DNA from: Candidatus Brocadiaceae bacterium
Lineage (GTDB): Bacteria; Planctomycetota; Brocadiia; Brocadiales; Brocadiaceae
Assembly (NCBI GenBank): GCA_024653795.1
Contig: JANLHY010000767.1
Coordinates: 1-35,845, forward strand
DNA: 35,845 bases
Direction: 5' to 3'
Under the pieces are notes generated by a model, which did not search any database, was not told the origin of the DNA, and saw only the letters and a list, made by a program, of their open reading frames with translations. Shown here in pieces: positions 25,090-34,658 of this stretch. The translations under genes and the position numbers were made by a program. How positions within the stretch are numbered: position 1 is the stretch's first letter; every line of letters starts with the position of its first letter.

Positions 25090-25728
25090 ATGAACAACGT
25101 TGAGCAAATGTTTGATGAGAATAATGATATACAACAATTTTCTAAGAATTATTTTAGGTATCTATTTAAATTGTTAAATGATGTTGATGTAACTGCAATA
25201 GCAGCATTTGCTATGGAAATGGAAAAGGCTCGGAAAGGGCATAACACAGTATTTTTTATTGGAAATGGAGGATCAGCTGCCACTGCTTCGCACATGGCTA
25301 ATGATTTCGGCATGGACATTTTAAAGAAAACCGGCGGTGATCTCCCCTTCCGTGCTATGGCATTGACGGATAATGCCGCTGTTATGCTGGCTATTGCCAA
25401 TGATGAGGGTTATGACCGTTTGTTCGTTAACCAACTCCGTATTCATTACCGCCCGGGAGATAAACTCGTGGCCATTTCTGCAAGCGGCAACTCTCCCAAT
25501 GTGGTTGCAGCGGCGGAATGGGTAAAAGACCGGGGAGGCAAGGTAATCTCGCTTGTTGGGTTCGATGGGGGAAAATTAAAAGATATTTCAGATATAATAA
25601 TTCACGCAAAATCAGAAAAGGGTGAATACGGCCCTGTTGAGGATGTTCATATGATTATGGATCACTTGATTACCAATTGGTTACAATATAAGATGCTGTC
25701 GGAACAGGACGGAGTTAGGAAAATATGA
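25090..25728 (+). CDS. SIS-domain sugar-phosphate isomerase (GmhA/phosphoheptose-isomerase-like)
   Basis: VFFIGNGGSAATASHMANDF and AISASGNSPNV are the GmhA-type SIS signatures. The ATG at 25090 is preferred over the in-frame TTG at 25051 from the ORF track, but the start is uncertain. Confidence 0.75.
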   Translation: MNNVEQMFDENNDIQQFSKNYFRYLFKLLNDVDVTAIAAFAMEMEKARKGHNTVFFIGNGGSAATASHMANDFGMDILKKTGGDLPFRAMALTDNAAVMLAIANDEGYDRLFVNQLRIHYRPGDKLVAISASGNSPNVVAAAEWVKDRGGKVISLVGFDGGKLKDISDIIIHAKSEKGEYGPVEDVHMIMDHLITNWLQYKMLSEQDGVRKI

Positions 25729-26660
25729 ATGCGTTAACCGGGAGTAAAATCTTACTGGGGCCTTCTACTTTTGCTGCTCAGGACCCATCGCCTATCGAAA
25801 GGCTTGCAGCGGCAGGTTGTGAGATCATCAAAAATCCGTTTGGCAGAAAATTGACCAAGCAGGAGCTTATTGAACTGTTGCCTGGAGTAAAGGGACTAAT
25901 CGCCGGGCTTGAGACTTTAGACGAAGATGTGATGCGCAAGTCGGAACTCAAAGTTATTTCAAGGTGCGGTTCAGGAATATCAAATATTGATATGGAAGCA
26001 GCAAAAAAAAAAGGTATTAAAGTTTTTTTTACTCCATATGGTCCGACTACTGCAGTGGCCGAGCTTACACTGGGGGCTATGTTAAATCTGCTCAGGATGG
26101 TCTCCCTTATGGACAGGGATATGCATGAAGGTAAATGGACTAAAAAAGTCGGCGCTCAACTCGAGGGCAAAACAGTAGTAGTTATTGGCCTTGGCAGAAT
26201 TGGCAGAAAAGTTGTTTCACTGCTAAAACCATTCAATGTGAGGCTGCTTGCTGTAGATCCTAATGTTAGAGAAAAAATAGACAGGGTAGAAATCCTTCCA
26301 CTTGGTAAAGCGCTTACAGAAGCGGATATAATCACCATTCACTCAAGTGGCGAACAGCAGATTATAGGCGACGATGAATTTAGACTTATTAAGAGAGGGA
26401 CATTTTTACTGAATGCTGCCAGGGGCGGCTTGATTAATGAAATCGCACTGATTAATGCAATTGAGAGCGGTAAGATAGCAGGTGCATGGCTTGACACATT
26501 CAGTGTTGAACCATATGCAGGTCCCTTAAGTAAATATCCTCAAGTCTTATTGACCCCTCATGTGGGTTCGTATACCCAGGAATGTCGGATATCTATGGAG
26601 ACGGAAGCTGTTGAAAATTTAATAACAGCTTTTGAAAAGATAAAGCAAGATGAAGGATAA
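25725..26660 (+). CDS. D-isomer-specific 2-hydroxyacid dehydrogenase (SerA/phosphoglycerate dehydrogenase-like)
   Basis: VVVIGLGRIGRKV (GxGxxG), NAARGGLI and LLTPHVGS (catalytic His context). ATGA overlap with the upstream gene. Confidence 0.85.
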   Translation: MNALTGSKILLGPSTFAAQDPSPIERLAAAGCEIIKNPFGRKLTKQELIELLPGVKGLIAGLETLDEDVMRKSELKVISRCGSGISNIDMEAAKKKGIKVFFTPYGPTTAVAELTLGAMLNLLRMVSLMDRDMHEGKWTKKVGAQLEGKTVVVIGLGRIGRKVVSLLKPFNVRLLAVDPNVREKIDRVEILPLGKALTEADIITIHSSGEQQIIGDDEFRLIKRGTFLLNAARGGLINEIALINAIESGKIAGAWLDTFSVEPYAGPLSKYPQVLLTPHVGSYTQECRISMETEAVENLITAFEKIKQDEG

Positions 26661-27405
26661 TGATGCATCTCAGTGGTTATCAGTGGCTGGCGAGGCTGCG
26701 CGGAGAGCCGGTGCATCTCTATTGCATTCCACACAAAATGGCCGAAATATTATCACTGATAAAGAAAGAGATGTAAAAATAGCTGCTGATGGGAATTCTG
26801 AAAGCATTATCTTGAATTATCTCCAGGAGCACTCTGCTTTTTCTATTCTTTCCGAAGAGAGGGGATTAGTCGAGCGGAATTACCGTAGCATGGTGTGGAT
26901 CGTCGATCCTTTGGATGGTAGCTTGAACTATTCCCGCGGTATCCCGTTTTGTTGTGTATCTATCGGACTTTGGGAAGAGAATCGACCGGTACTGGGTGTT
27001 ATATATGATTTTCACCGCGCTGAATTTTATTCCGGAATTGCCGGGGAAGGAGCGTGGTGCAATGAGCGTGAAATTAAGGCAAGCGATGTGAACAGAAAGG
27101 AGAATGCGGTACTCTGTACCGGGTTTCCTGTTAATACAGATTTTTCAGCCGAAAGTTTGATGACCTTTATTCAAAAAATCCAACAATATAAAAAAATACG
27201 ACTTCTTGGCTCAGCAGCCCTCTCTCTTGCGTACGTCGCCTCTGGAAGAGCAGACGCATACATGGAAGACGATATTATGATCTGGGATGTCGCGGCAGGT
27301 CTGGCAATTGCGAGTGGTTCTGGGTGTTTATTGAATATAAATAACGGAACCAAATCAAATTCACTTCACGTCGCCGCTTCCAATGGAAATCTTCAATTAA
27401 CATAA
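26650..27405 (+). CDS. Inositol monophosphatase family phosphatase
   Basis: WIVDPLDGSLNY and WDVAAG are the two IMPase-family signatures. 251 aa. Confidence 0.85.
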   Translation: MKDNDASQWLSVAGEAARRAGASLLHSTQNGRNIITDKERDVKIAADGNSESIILNYLQEHSAFSILSEERGLVERNYRSMVWIVDPLDGSLNYSRGIPFCCVSIGLWEENRPVLGVIYDFHRAEFYSGIAGEGAWCNEREIKASDVNRKENAVLCTGFPVNTDFSAESLMTFIQKIQQYKKIRLLGSAALSLAYVASGRADAYMEDDIMIWDVAAGLAIASGSGCLLNINNGTKSNSLHVAASNGNLQLT

Positions 27406-27406
27406 A

Positions 27407-27594
27407 ACCTAAATTCTGCAATCGTATTTTATTCGATAATGGCTAAAACAAGCATTTATCAGAGTTTACGTAATATTTATATGAATTCCTTATTCACTTA
27501 AAAAGTGAATGTTTAACCTTGTAAAAAATGCTATAAAGCCAATAAATACAATGGTTTTTAAGGTTTTCATTAAATATGATTGCAGAATTTAGGT
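27407..27594. repeat. 188-bp MITE-like element or long hairpin with perfect 17-bp terminal inverted repeats
   Basis: ACCTAAATTCTGCAATC (27407-27423) is the exact reverse complement of GATTGCAGAATTTAGGT (27578-27594). Nested hairpin ATTCACTT-aaa-AAGTGAAT at 27492-27510. AT-rich interior with no ORF. Confidence 0.6.
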
Positions 27595-27629
27595 AAAAGT
27601 TTATATATGGATACAAGGAGTTAGTTTAG

Positions 27630-28790
27630 ATGGCGGATCCCTTAGTAACTGTCTTAATGACCGTGCACAACGGTGGGGAATACCTCAAGGAATCGGTCCG
27701 GAGCGTTCTCAGTCAAATATTCGAGGATTTTGAATTCCTGATCATCAATGATTGCAGTACAGATGATTCGGTAAAGATTATTGAGTCTTTTAATGATGAA
27801 CGTATTGTTATTCATCATAATGAAAAGAATTTAGGGCAAACGAAATCTTTGAATATAGGTTTAAGGCTCGCAAGAGGTAAATATGTCGCGAGAATGGATG
27901 CAGATGATATGGCTTTCCCAATGTGGCTGGAGAAACTTGTAAGTTTTGCTGAATCTCATCGGGAATATGTGGTGGTCAGCGCTGCTGCCGCAGTTATGAA
28001 TGCATCGGGAAAATTTAAAAAAATCCAGCGGACTCCGACAACATTTGAAGGGGCAATCTTCCATATCTTTATCGGAAATGCTATAAATCATGTTGGCTCA
28101 CTTTTCAATAAAGAGATTATTTTAAAAAATGGAGGATATAATGAAGAATTCAAGATATCGCAGGACTATGAACTGTGGTCATTTCTGATAAGAAATAATT
28201 ATCGTTTGGTTAATATAGACGATATGCTGGTTGCAGTCAGGGTACACGAAAGTTCCCGCAGCTATGTTGCTGAAAAAGACAGAGGACTTCAGGAGGTTGC
28301 AGAGACAATTTATCGGAATGTGAGTTCTTTAACGAAGCTAAAAATATCTTATGATGATGCTATTAAACTAAGATTATTTTATCGTTTTCCTCATCAATTA
28401 ACAAACGAAGAATTTAGGGACACACAGGATTTGTATTCTAAAATATTCCATAGTTTAAAAGAGGAATTCAAATTAGAGCCAAGTATTCTTAAACAAAAAT
28501 TAAAAAAACAAATGGTAATTCCTTACTATAAACGAGCTATGTTTGAAATTGAAAATAGCAGATCTAAATCTGCGCGTAAAATATTATTAAATTACCATAC
28601 TCTATATGGGTTTCATATTATACTATTTTTGATATTCTTAGTGACATTTTTAGATAATGCCAAAGTGAAAAGGTTACTAAATATTTATGAGAGCCTGATG
28701 GAAAGGATTATTACACGTTTCATCTTATCTCCGAGAGAAAGCAGGGAGGAAACATGGATCCAAAAGCTAAGAATAAAATTCTACTTATAG
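27630..28790 (+). CDS. Family 2 glycosyltransferase (GT2) with a C-terminal membrane segment
   Basis: VTVLMTVHNGGEYLKESVRSVLSQ..FEFLIINDCSTDDS and ARMDADD (DxD). AAGGAG RBS. 386 aa. Confidence 0.85.
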   Translation: MADPLVTVLMTVHNGGEYLKESVRSVLSQIFEDFEFLIINDCSTDDSVKIIESFNDERIVIHHNEKNLGQTKSLNIGLRLARGKYVARMDADDMAFPMWLEKLVSFAESHREYVVVSAAAAVMNASGKFKKIQRTPTTFEGAIFHIFIGNAINHVGSLFNKEIILKNGGYNEEFKISQDYELWSFLIRNNYRLVNIDDMLVAVRVHESSRSYVAEKDRGLQEVAETIYRNVSSLTKLKISYDDAIKLRLFYRFPHQLTNEEFRDTQDLYSKIFHSLKEEFKLEPSILKQKLKKQMVIPYYKRAMFEIENSRSKSARKILLNYHTLYGFHIILFLIFLVTFLDNAKVKRLLNIYESLMERIITRFILSPRESREETWIQKLRIKFYL

Positions 28791-30271
28791 AGCCACCCTT
28801 TTATCGATTATTTCATGATAAATATTCACTTGATAAATATCCCTTATCATTGGGATATCTAGCAGGAACAATCAAGAAGTGCACAGATTGGGATGTAATG
28901 GCCTATAATGCAGATTTTAATCCGAAAAGTATTGCAAAGCACATTTCTTATTTATCTGGAGTTGGGTTTACAAACTACAGGAACAATTTAAAACATTTAT
29001 CAGCAAGCATCTGGAATGAGGTTAAATCGACTATACTTGAATTCAAACCAACAGTAGTAGGTATAACGTCCAAAACTCCAAACTTTGAGTCAGCAAGTAT
29101 AGTGGCAAGAATTGCCAAAGAAATAGATGATAAGATAATCGTGATAATTGGTGGACCTCATCCTTCGCTGATTAGTTCCGATATTATTAACAGGAAAGAG
29201 TTTGATGTCGGGGTTAGAGGAGAAGGTGAAGAGACTATTGTGGAGTTATTGAATAATATTCAATATAAGTCAGAATGGAGACACATCGCAGGGATATATT
29301 ATCGTGAGAACGATGAGGTAATAGATACTGGACAAAGACAGCTTATTAATGATGTAGACTCATTATGTTTTCCAAACGAGTTTACGGAACAAGTTTTAAA
29401 GGATTACAAAAAGTATCCAAAAAGCGCTTTCAAGTATATCTTTGCAATTAGGGGCTGTCCATATAATTGTTGGTTCTGTGGTTCTCGGTACATCTGGAGC
29501 AGAAAAGCTAGGTTTCGTTCAGCACAAAATATTGTTGAAGAAATTAAACTATTAGGTAAAAAAGGAATACATTCCGTCCAATTTGATGATGATACATTCG
29601 GAGTAAACAGAAAATACATTATTGATCTGTGTAATCATATTTCAAGATATGCTCCGGAAACGAGGTGGAGTTGTGAAATGCATATCAAATTGATTGAGGA
29701 TGATCTTATCAGACTGATGAAGGAGAGCGGTTGTGAATCTATACTAGTAGGTATAGAATCAGGGAATAATGAAATTCTCGAAAAAATACGAAAAGGGCTA
29801 ACCATAGAGGAAGCTATAGAAGCATGCAATGTAATTAAAAGACATAAGATTGGCTTAGGTGCTTTTTTTATGGTTGGTTTTCCATGGGAGACAGAGGAAA
29901 CACTTAGAGACACGATTGATGCTATCAAGAAAATTAAGGCAGATGATACTCTCTATAGTATTTTCATGCCCTATCCTGGAACGGAAGCTTTCGAATATTG
30001 TAAAGAAAAAGGATTAGTTTCTAAAAACTTTGATCCTTCTTCCTATAACCACCAGAGCCCTGAAAATTGTTTTTGCTTAAATATAGAACATGAGCGATTC
30101 AGATGGCTTGTTTCTAAAATTGAAGAAGAGACTGATATCGTAAATTTCAAAAATAGGCGGAAATATATATTTAATAAAATAAAAAATACTTCAATGAGCG
30201 AGATAATCACAAAGATAAGGGAATTTGGAGTGTTGAAGTGTATAAGACGGCTTATCACAGATTTTCAGTAG
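28754..30271 (+). CDS. B12-binding-domain radical SAM protein (class B rSAM) no. 3
   Basis: VVGITS...IVIIGGPHPS...VRGEGEETIVELL, then RGCPYNCWFCGS. GGGAGG RBS. Close paralogue of the ORF at 21676. Confidence 0.9.
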   Translation: MDPKAKNKILLIEPPFYRLFHDKYSLDKYPLSLGYLAGTIKKCTDWDVMAYNADFNPKSIAKHISYLSGVGFTNYRNNLKHLSASIWNEVKSTILEFKPTVVGITSKTPNFESASIVARIAKEIDDKIIVIIGGPHPSLISSDIINRKEFDVGVRGEGEETIVELLNNIQYKSEWRHIAGIYYRENDEVIDTGQRQLINDVDSLCFPNEFTEQVLKDYKKYPKSAFKYIFAIRGCPYNCWFCGSRYIWSRKARFRSAQNIVEEIKLLGKKGIHSVQFDDDTFGVNRKYIIDLCNHISRYAPETRWSCEMHIKLIEDDLIRLMKESGCESILVGIESGNNEILEKIRKGLTIEEAIEACNVIKRHKIGLGAFFMVGFPWETEETLRDTIDAIKKIKADDTLYSIFMPYPGTEAFEYCKEKGLVSKNFDPSSYNHQSPENCFCLNIEHERFRWLVSKIEEETDIVNFKNRRKYIFNKIKNTSMSEIITKIREFGVLKCIRRLITDFQ

Positions 30272-30281
30272 ATAAGTAAAT

Positions 30282-31805
30282 ATGGTGATAAAAGGGAAAA
30301 AAGTCTTATTAGTATTTCCAGATATTTCTGAAAGGTCATGGCATAAGGGTTATTTCCATTATGGTTTAGCTCATATTTCATCATATCTTAAAGAAAAAAT
30401 TAAGAATATTGAAATATCGTTGTTATCTGTTCGTGATAAGAATTATAATCAGACTGATTTTGTTAATGAGATAAAGAAATTTCAACCGGATATAATTGGT
30501 TTTACTTCTACAACGCACAGTTTTCCTATAGTTCAGAAAATCTCAAAATGGGTGAAAAATTTAAGCAATGATATTTTAACAGTTTGTGGAGGTATTCATG
30601 TAACTATAAATCCACAAGAAGCATTATTGTCCTCAGAGCTTGATGTTGTTATTTGTGGAGATGGGGAATATCCTATGGAAGCAATAGTAAATGAATGGGT
30701 CGATTATGGCACAATACCGGATAAAAATGGTATATGGTATCGGAAAGAAAATTGTATAGTTAATAATAGTCTTGCTAAAGTGGATAATTTGGATTTGCTA
30801 CCCGATCCTGATTGGGAGCTTTTTGACTATATGAACCTAGATGATGGCTCTCAAGGTATTGGCGGATTGATGCTTTCAAGGGGATGTCCATACCAATGTA
30901 CTTATTGTTGTAATCATAAAATTGCGAATATTTATAGAGAAAATAATACAAGTTATGTTCGTTTTAAGAGCGTTGGAAAATCAATATCGGAGATTAAAAA
31001 CTTTATCAAAAAGTTTCCAAAGATACATACTTTGTATTTTGATGATGATATTTTACCATTAAACAAATCTTGGTTTTTTGATTTTGCTGCGAGATATAAA
31101 AAAGAGATAAATATGCCTTACTGGTGTAATGTCAGGCCTAATTTAGTTAATGAGGAAATAGTAGAGGCATTTGTTGATTCTGGGTGTGTTCGCGCAGGCA
31201 TTGGAATAGAGAGCGGTAACGAAAATATAAGAAATAAAGTCTTAAAAAGAAATATTTCAGAGCAGTCCCTTATCAATGCGGTATCACTATTGAAAAAGAA
31301 AAATATTTATGTATACACTTATAACATGGTTGGAATACCCACAGAAACGAGAGAAGAATTATTAGATACGATACGTTTAAATAGCAGGTTAAATGTTGAT
31401 AAAATGCAATGTTCGATCTTTTATCCATACAAGCATACAGCCTTGCATGATTTTGTTCTTAAAGAAGGGCTGTCTATAAGTGAAGGATCATTGATTGAAT
31501 ATACACAGAAAAGTATTTTAAAGTTTAGTTTTGCTCAAATTAACCGAATATACTTTACAGTACTAACAATAGAACTAGTTTCAAAAATTTATAAAGCTCT
31601 TCCTAGATTTGCATCCGAAGTATTTTTAAGAATACTTTATTCCGCTCCATCATCAGTTTTCTTTCTTCCAATTGCCAATATTCTAATGAGAAAAATATTA
31701 GCCTCGAAAAAACTCGCTAGTAAGATTAGAAAGATGTTGAGATTAATTATTCCTCCACCTCCTACGGTAATAGCTAAACACATTGGTAGGATTAAGGAAA
31801 CGTAA
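30282..31805 (+). CDS. B12-binding-domain radical SAM protein (class B rSAM) no. 4
   Basis: IIGFTS...TVCGGIHVT...ICGDGE, then RGCPYQCTYCCNHK. Hydrophobic C-terminal tail. 507 aa. Confidence 0.9.
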   Translation: MVIKGKKVLLVFPDISERSWHKGYFHYGLAHISSYLKEKIKNIEISLLSVRDKNYNQTDFVNEIKKFQPDIIGFTSTTHSFPIVQKISKWVKNLSNDILTVCGGIHVTINPQEALLSSELDVVICGDGEYPMEAIVNEWVDYGTIPDKNGIWYRKENCIVNNSLAKVDNLDLLPDPDWELFDYMNLDDGSQGIGGLMLSRGCPYQCTYCCNHKIANIYRENNTSYVRFKSVGKSISEIKNFIKKFPKIHTLYFDDDILPLNKSWFFDFAARYKKEINMPYWCNVRPNLVNEEIVEAFVDSGCVRAGIGIESGNENIRNKVLKRNISEQSLINAVSLLKKKNIYVYTYNMVGIPTETREELLDTIRLNSRLNVDKMQCSIFYPYKHTALHDFVLKEGLSISEGSLIEYTQKSILKFSFAQINRIYFTVLTIELVSKIYKALPRFASEVFLRILYSAPSSVFFLPIANILMRKILASKKLASKIRKMLRLIIPPPPTVIAKHIGRIKET

Positions 31806-31806
31806 A

Positions 31807-33255
31807 ATGAAAAAAATAACCTTTGTTATTTCTGAAGTAAAGTTGCACGAACATCTTTCTGTTATGGCTCTAAGCGCTTCTTTAAAGAATTCAGGACATG
31901 AAACCTCTCTGGTATTCATTCAAAATGACCCTTTAAATAAAAATAAAATTCTAAAGGCGCTTAAGAATGAAAACCCAGATTTTATAGCATTTAGTTTTAT
32001 GTCTGGGGTAAAGAATCAGTATTTCGATCTAGGGACTTACATTAAGCGGCATATGGATATTCCCATCATTATTGGTGGTCCTGCTGCAACATTTGATCAA
32101 AGTTTAAGTAATATTAAAGATAACCCATTTGATGCGGTTTGTATCGGCGAGGGTGATTTGTCTATTATTGAATTTGTGAATAAATATAATCAAGGGAAGA
32201 ATCTAACAGCAATAAACAATTTTATTATAGAATCTGGGAATGGCAATCAATTAAAAGGTGATTTACTAAATCTTGTTGAGCCTTTGAATCAACTCCCATT
32301 TCCCGATAGGAAAATTTTGTACGATAAAGATGATTTTCTCAGAAATTCTAAAATTAAAATGTTTATTTCTGGTAGAGGTTGCCCATATCAATGTACTTAC
32401 TGCTTCAATCATAAATATAATAGTATGTATAAAGGGAAAGGGAAGATTATCCGGCATAAATCAGTAGACTATTTTTTGGAAGAAATATGCAAGACAAAAA
32501 AGGAATATCCTTTGGAAGGTATCATTTTTGAAGATGATATTTTTATTATTGATAAGGAATGGTTATCAGAGTTTGCCGAAAAATATCCAAAACGAATCGG
32601 GCTTCCTTACATGTGTTATGTTCGTCCAAATCTCGTTACTAAAGAACTTGCTAGATTACTGAAAGTATCTGGATGTTATTCTGTCCGGGTTGCTATAGAA
32701 TGCGGTAATGAAGTTCTTCGGAATAAAATTCTTAAAAGGAATCTCAGTAATGAGCAAATCCTGAAAAGTTGCCAAATTCTTCAAGATGAAAACATTAAAA
32801 TTGGAACAATTAACATTCTGGGATTACCCACAGAGACGATTACCAATATGAGAGAAACCCTCGAATTGAATAGAGCTTGTAAGCCTGATCATGTTTCTGC
32901 AAATATGTTTATACCACTTCCGGGGGTAGATTTGACTTTATTTGCTGTTCAAAAAGGTTTGCTGGACGAAGAATTTAACTCACCTAAATCAACACATCAT
33001 ATCAGTGATATGAAATATCCGGATGACGTAAAAAGATTCCTGTATCCATTTAAGGCGCTTTTTCCACTTATGGTGCTAAAAAAAAACATTGAAACAATTA
33101 CCCCTCTGTTAATGAAATTACCAGGGCCGCTCCTGAAAATGATCGATAGCGGTTATAGACTATATCGTAATGCCAAATTCTATCCACCGGTTCGATTTAG
33201 TATTCGTGAAAAATGGGAAGCCTTACGTCGCTTTCTTACTATAGTATCACGATGA
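31807..33255 (+). CDS. B12-binding-domain radical SAM protein (class B rSAM) no. 5
   Basis: FIAFSF...IIIGGPAAT...CIGEGD, then RGCPYQCTYCFNHK. Paralogue of the ORF at 30282. The ATG at 31807 (after AAGGAA) is preferred over the in-frame TTG at 31783. Confidence 0.9.
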   Translation: MKKITFVISEVKLHEHLSVMALSASLKNSGHETSLVFIQNDPLNKNKILKALKNENPDFIAFSFMSGVKNQYFDLGTYIKRHMDIPIIIGGPAATFDQSLSNIKDNPFDAVCIGEGDLSIIEFVNKYNQGKNLTAINNFIIESGNGNQLKGDLLNLVEPLNQLPFPDRKILYDKDDFLRNSKIKMFISGRGCPYQCTYCFNHKYNSMYKGKGKIIRHKSVDYFLEEICKTKKEYPLEGIIFEDDIFIIDKEWLSEFAEKYPKRIGLPYMCYVRPNLVTKELARLLKVSGCYSVRVAIECGNEVLRNKILKRNLSNEQILKSCQILQDENIKIGTINILGLPTETITNMRETLELNRACKPDHVSANMFIPLPGVDLTLFAVQKGLLDEEFNSPKSTHHISDMKYPDDVKRFLYPFKALFPLMVLKKNIETITPLLMKLPGPLLKMIDSGYRLYRNAKFYPPVRFSIREKWEALRRFLTIVSR

Positions 33256-33291
33256 AGCTTGAGAAAATGCACACTCTGTAGAATTCACGCC

Positions 33292-34635
33292 ATGAAAAAA
33301 ATAGCACATATAAAATCAACCGACATATTGATTGGTATTACATTTGTATTAATTTATTTCCAGGTATACTGGCATTACTGGCTTGTAAAATTATTGAATG
33401 GTTATGTTATAAACACTCTCTTGCCTATAATCTTTCTGTTCTGTCTTTTTTTATTCAGAGAATTAGTATCCCATAAAACCAGCTTTACGAAAAGAAGGGC
33501 ATATAGTGTAATTCTTCCGTTAATTTTTTATGCCTTTTTTGCCACAATTTCGATAGTACTCAATGCAGAGGGGTTCGGGGAAATTAAAAGCTTTCTTATT
33601 TATATCTATTCTCCTTTATTAATATTTATCAGTATCGTACGGCTTCATAAATTCAGACAGAATGATAGCGTGAAATCCATTCTTTTGCTTCTTTTTATTG
33701 CTGGTATTATTTTTTCAATTTATGTAGCGATTATATTCTCAGTAGACCCACAGGGTTTGCTTGCAATGCCAGATATAGAAACTAATCGAGGAGTGATTAG
33801 TACGACATACGGAGGGGCCTATGGAGTGGGGGACCTGGAAGCTGTCAGATATAGTATTCCAGGAATAAGTTCAACGACATACGGACCTATATTGGTTCCA
33901 CTAATGTTTGTAGGGTTTTACTTCAAAAAGTATACAAAGGGTAAACTTATGCATTTCATTTATACAGTACTCATTCTATTTTTAATATTCTGTGTTTTAA
34001 AGACCGTGTCGCGTGGGCCGTTAATTGCGATGTTTGCTGGCATAACATATCTTGGTTGGAGAAACTTGCTGAAAACAAAAGAAATAGTCTTTATCGCTTC
34101 TGTGCTTGTAATTTCGTTTCTCACTTTTGCAAAGCTTGCATTGTTAAGGTTGATCATAACACTAGCCATATTTATACCTTTTGATATTCCGTTCCTGGAT
34201 GCAGCTATAGATATAACAGATCTTCTCAAAGATCCGAGGGTAGAAGTGGCGCCCGAGACCTTCTCTCAGATATTGGCGCATCCTTTTATGGGAATGGGCA
34301 TGACAAATCTGATCAATCTTCAGGAGCTGTCATATGGAAAAGATCACAACAACTACTTAAGTATTGCCGCATCGTTCGGAAGTCTGACCCTCGTTTTTTA
34401 CCTGTTGTTTTTATTTCTGCTTTTTATTATGACTCAGAAAGCAATTAAGAGACTTTCATGGAATCCGACAAGCAAAGACCTGGGTATTGTCTTGAGTGCT
34501 GGATTATTGGCTTTAATAGTTTATCTGAATTTTGCCCCTGCTGAATTACATTTTATTTGGATCTGGTTTGGCCTTACCGCGGCGTGGTTACGGAATGCCG
34601 AAAAAGAAATTTATTTAAAAGAAGGTTTCAATTAA
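33292..34635 (+). CDS. O-antigen ligase/polymerase family (Wzy-like) integral membrane protein
   Basis: About 447 aa and highly hydrophobic with many TM segments. VSRGPLIAMFAG resembles the Wzy_C/O-antigen-ligase loop motif. The ATG at 33292 is preferred over the TTG at 33259. Confidence 0.7.
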   Translation: MKKIAHIKSTDILIGITFVLIYFQVYWHYWLVKLLNGYVINTLLPIIFLFCLFLFRELVSHKTSFTKRRAYSVILPLIFYAFFATISIVLNAEGFGEIKSFLIYIYSPLLIFISIVRLHKFRQNDSVKSILLLLFIAGIIFSIYVAIIFSVDPQGLLAMPDIETNRGVISTTYGGAYGVGDLEAVRYSIPGISSTTYGPILVPLMFVGFYFKKYTKGKLMHFIYTVLILFLIFCVLKTVSRGPLIAMFAGITYLGWRNLLKTKEIVFIASVLVISFLTFAKLALLRLIITLAIFIPFDIPFLDAAIDITDLLKDPRVEVAPETFSQILAHPFMGMGMTNLINLQELSYGKDHNNYLSIAASFGSLTLVFYLLFLFLLFIMTQKAIKRLSWNPTSKDLGIVLSAGLLALIVYLNFAPAELHFIWIWFGLTAAWLRNAEKEIYLKEGFN

Positions 34636-34658
34636 TTGAAAGGAAGATATAAAAGGGT

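Noticed and set aside
26003-26030. A10 run followed by a T8 run inside the 2-hydroxyacid dehydrogenase gene
   Set aside because: Poly-A/T runs of this length are expected by chance at this base composition and encode an ordinary KKK...FF stretch. Unlike the C9 tract, this is not statistically remarkable.
2629-34229. All other minus-strand ORFs in the track (60-121 aa, for example 2629-2814, 3441-3806, 4328-4618, 12546-12851, 25149-25400 and 33960-34229)
   Set aside because: Each lies antisense inside a longer + strand ORF with recognisable family motifs. None has an RBS or a recognisable domain.
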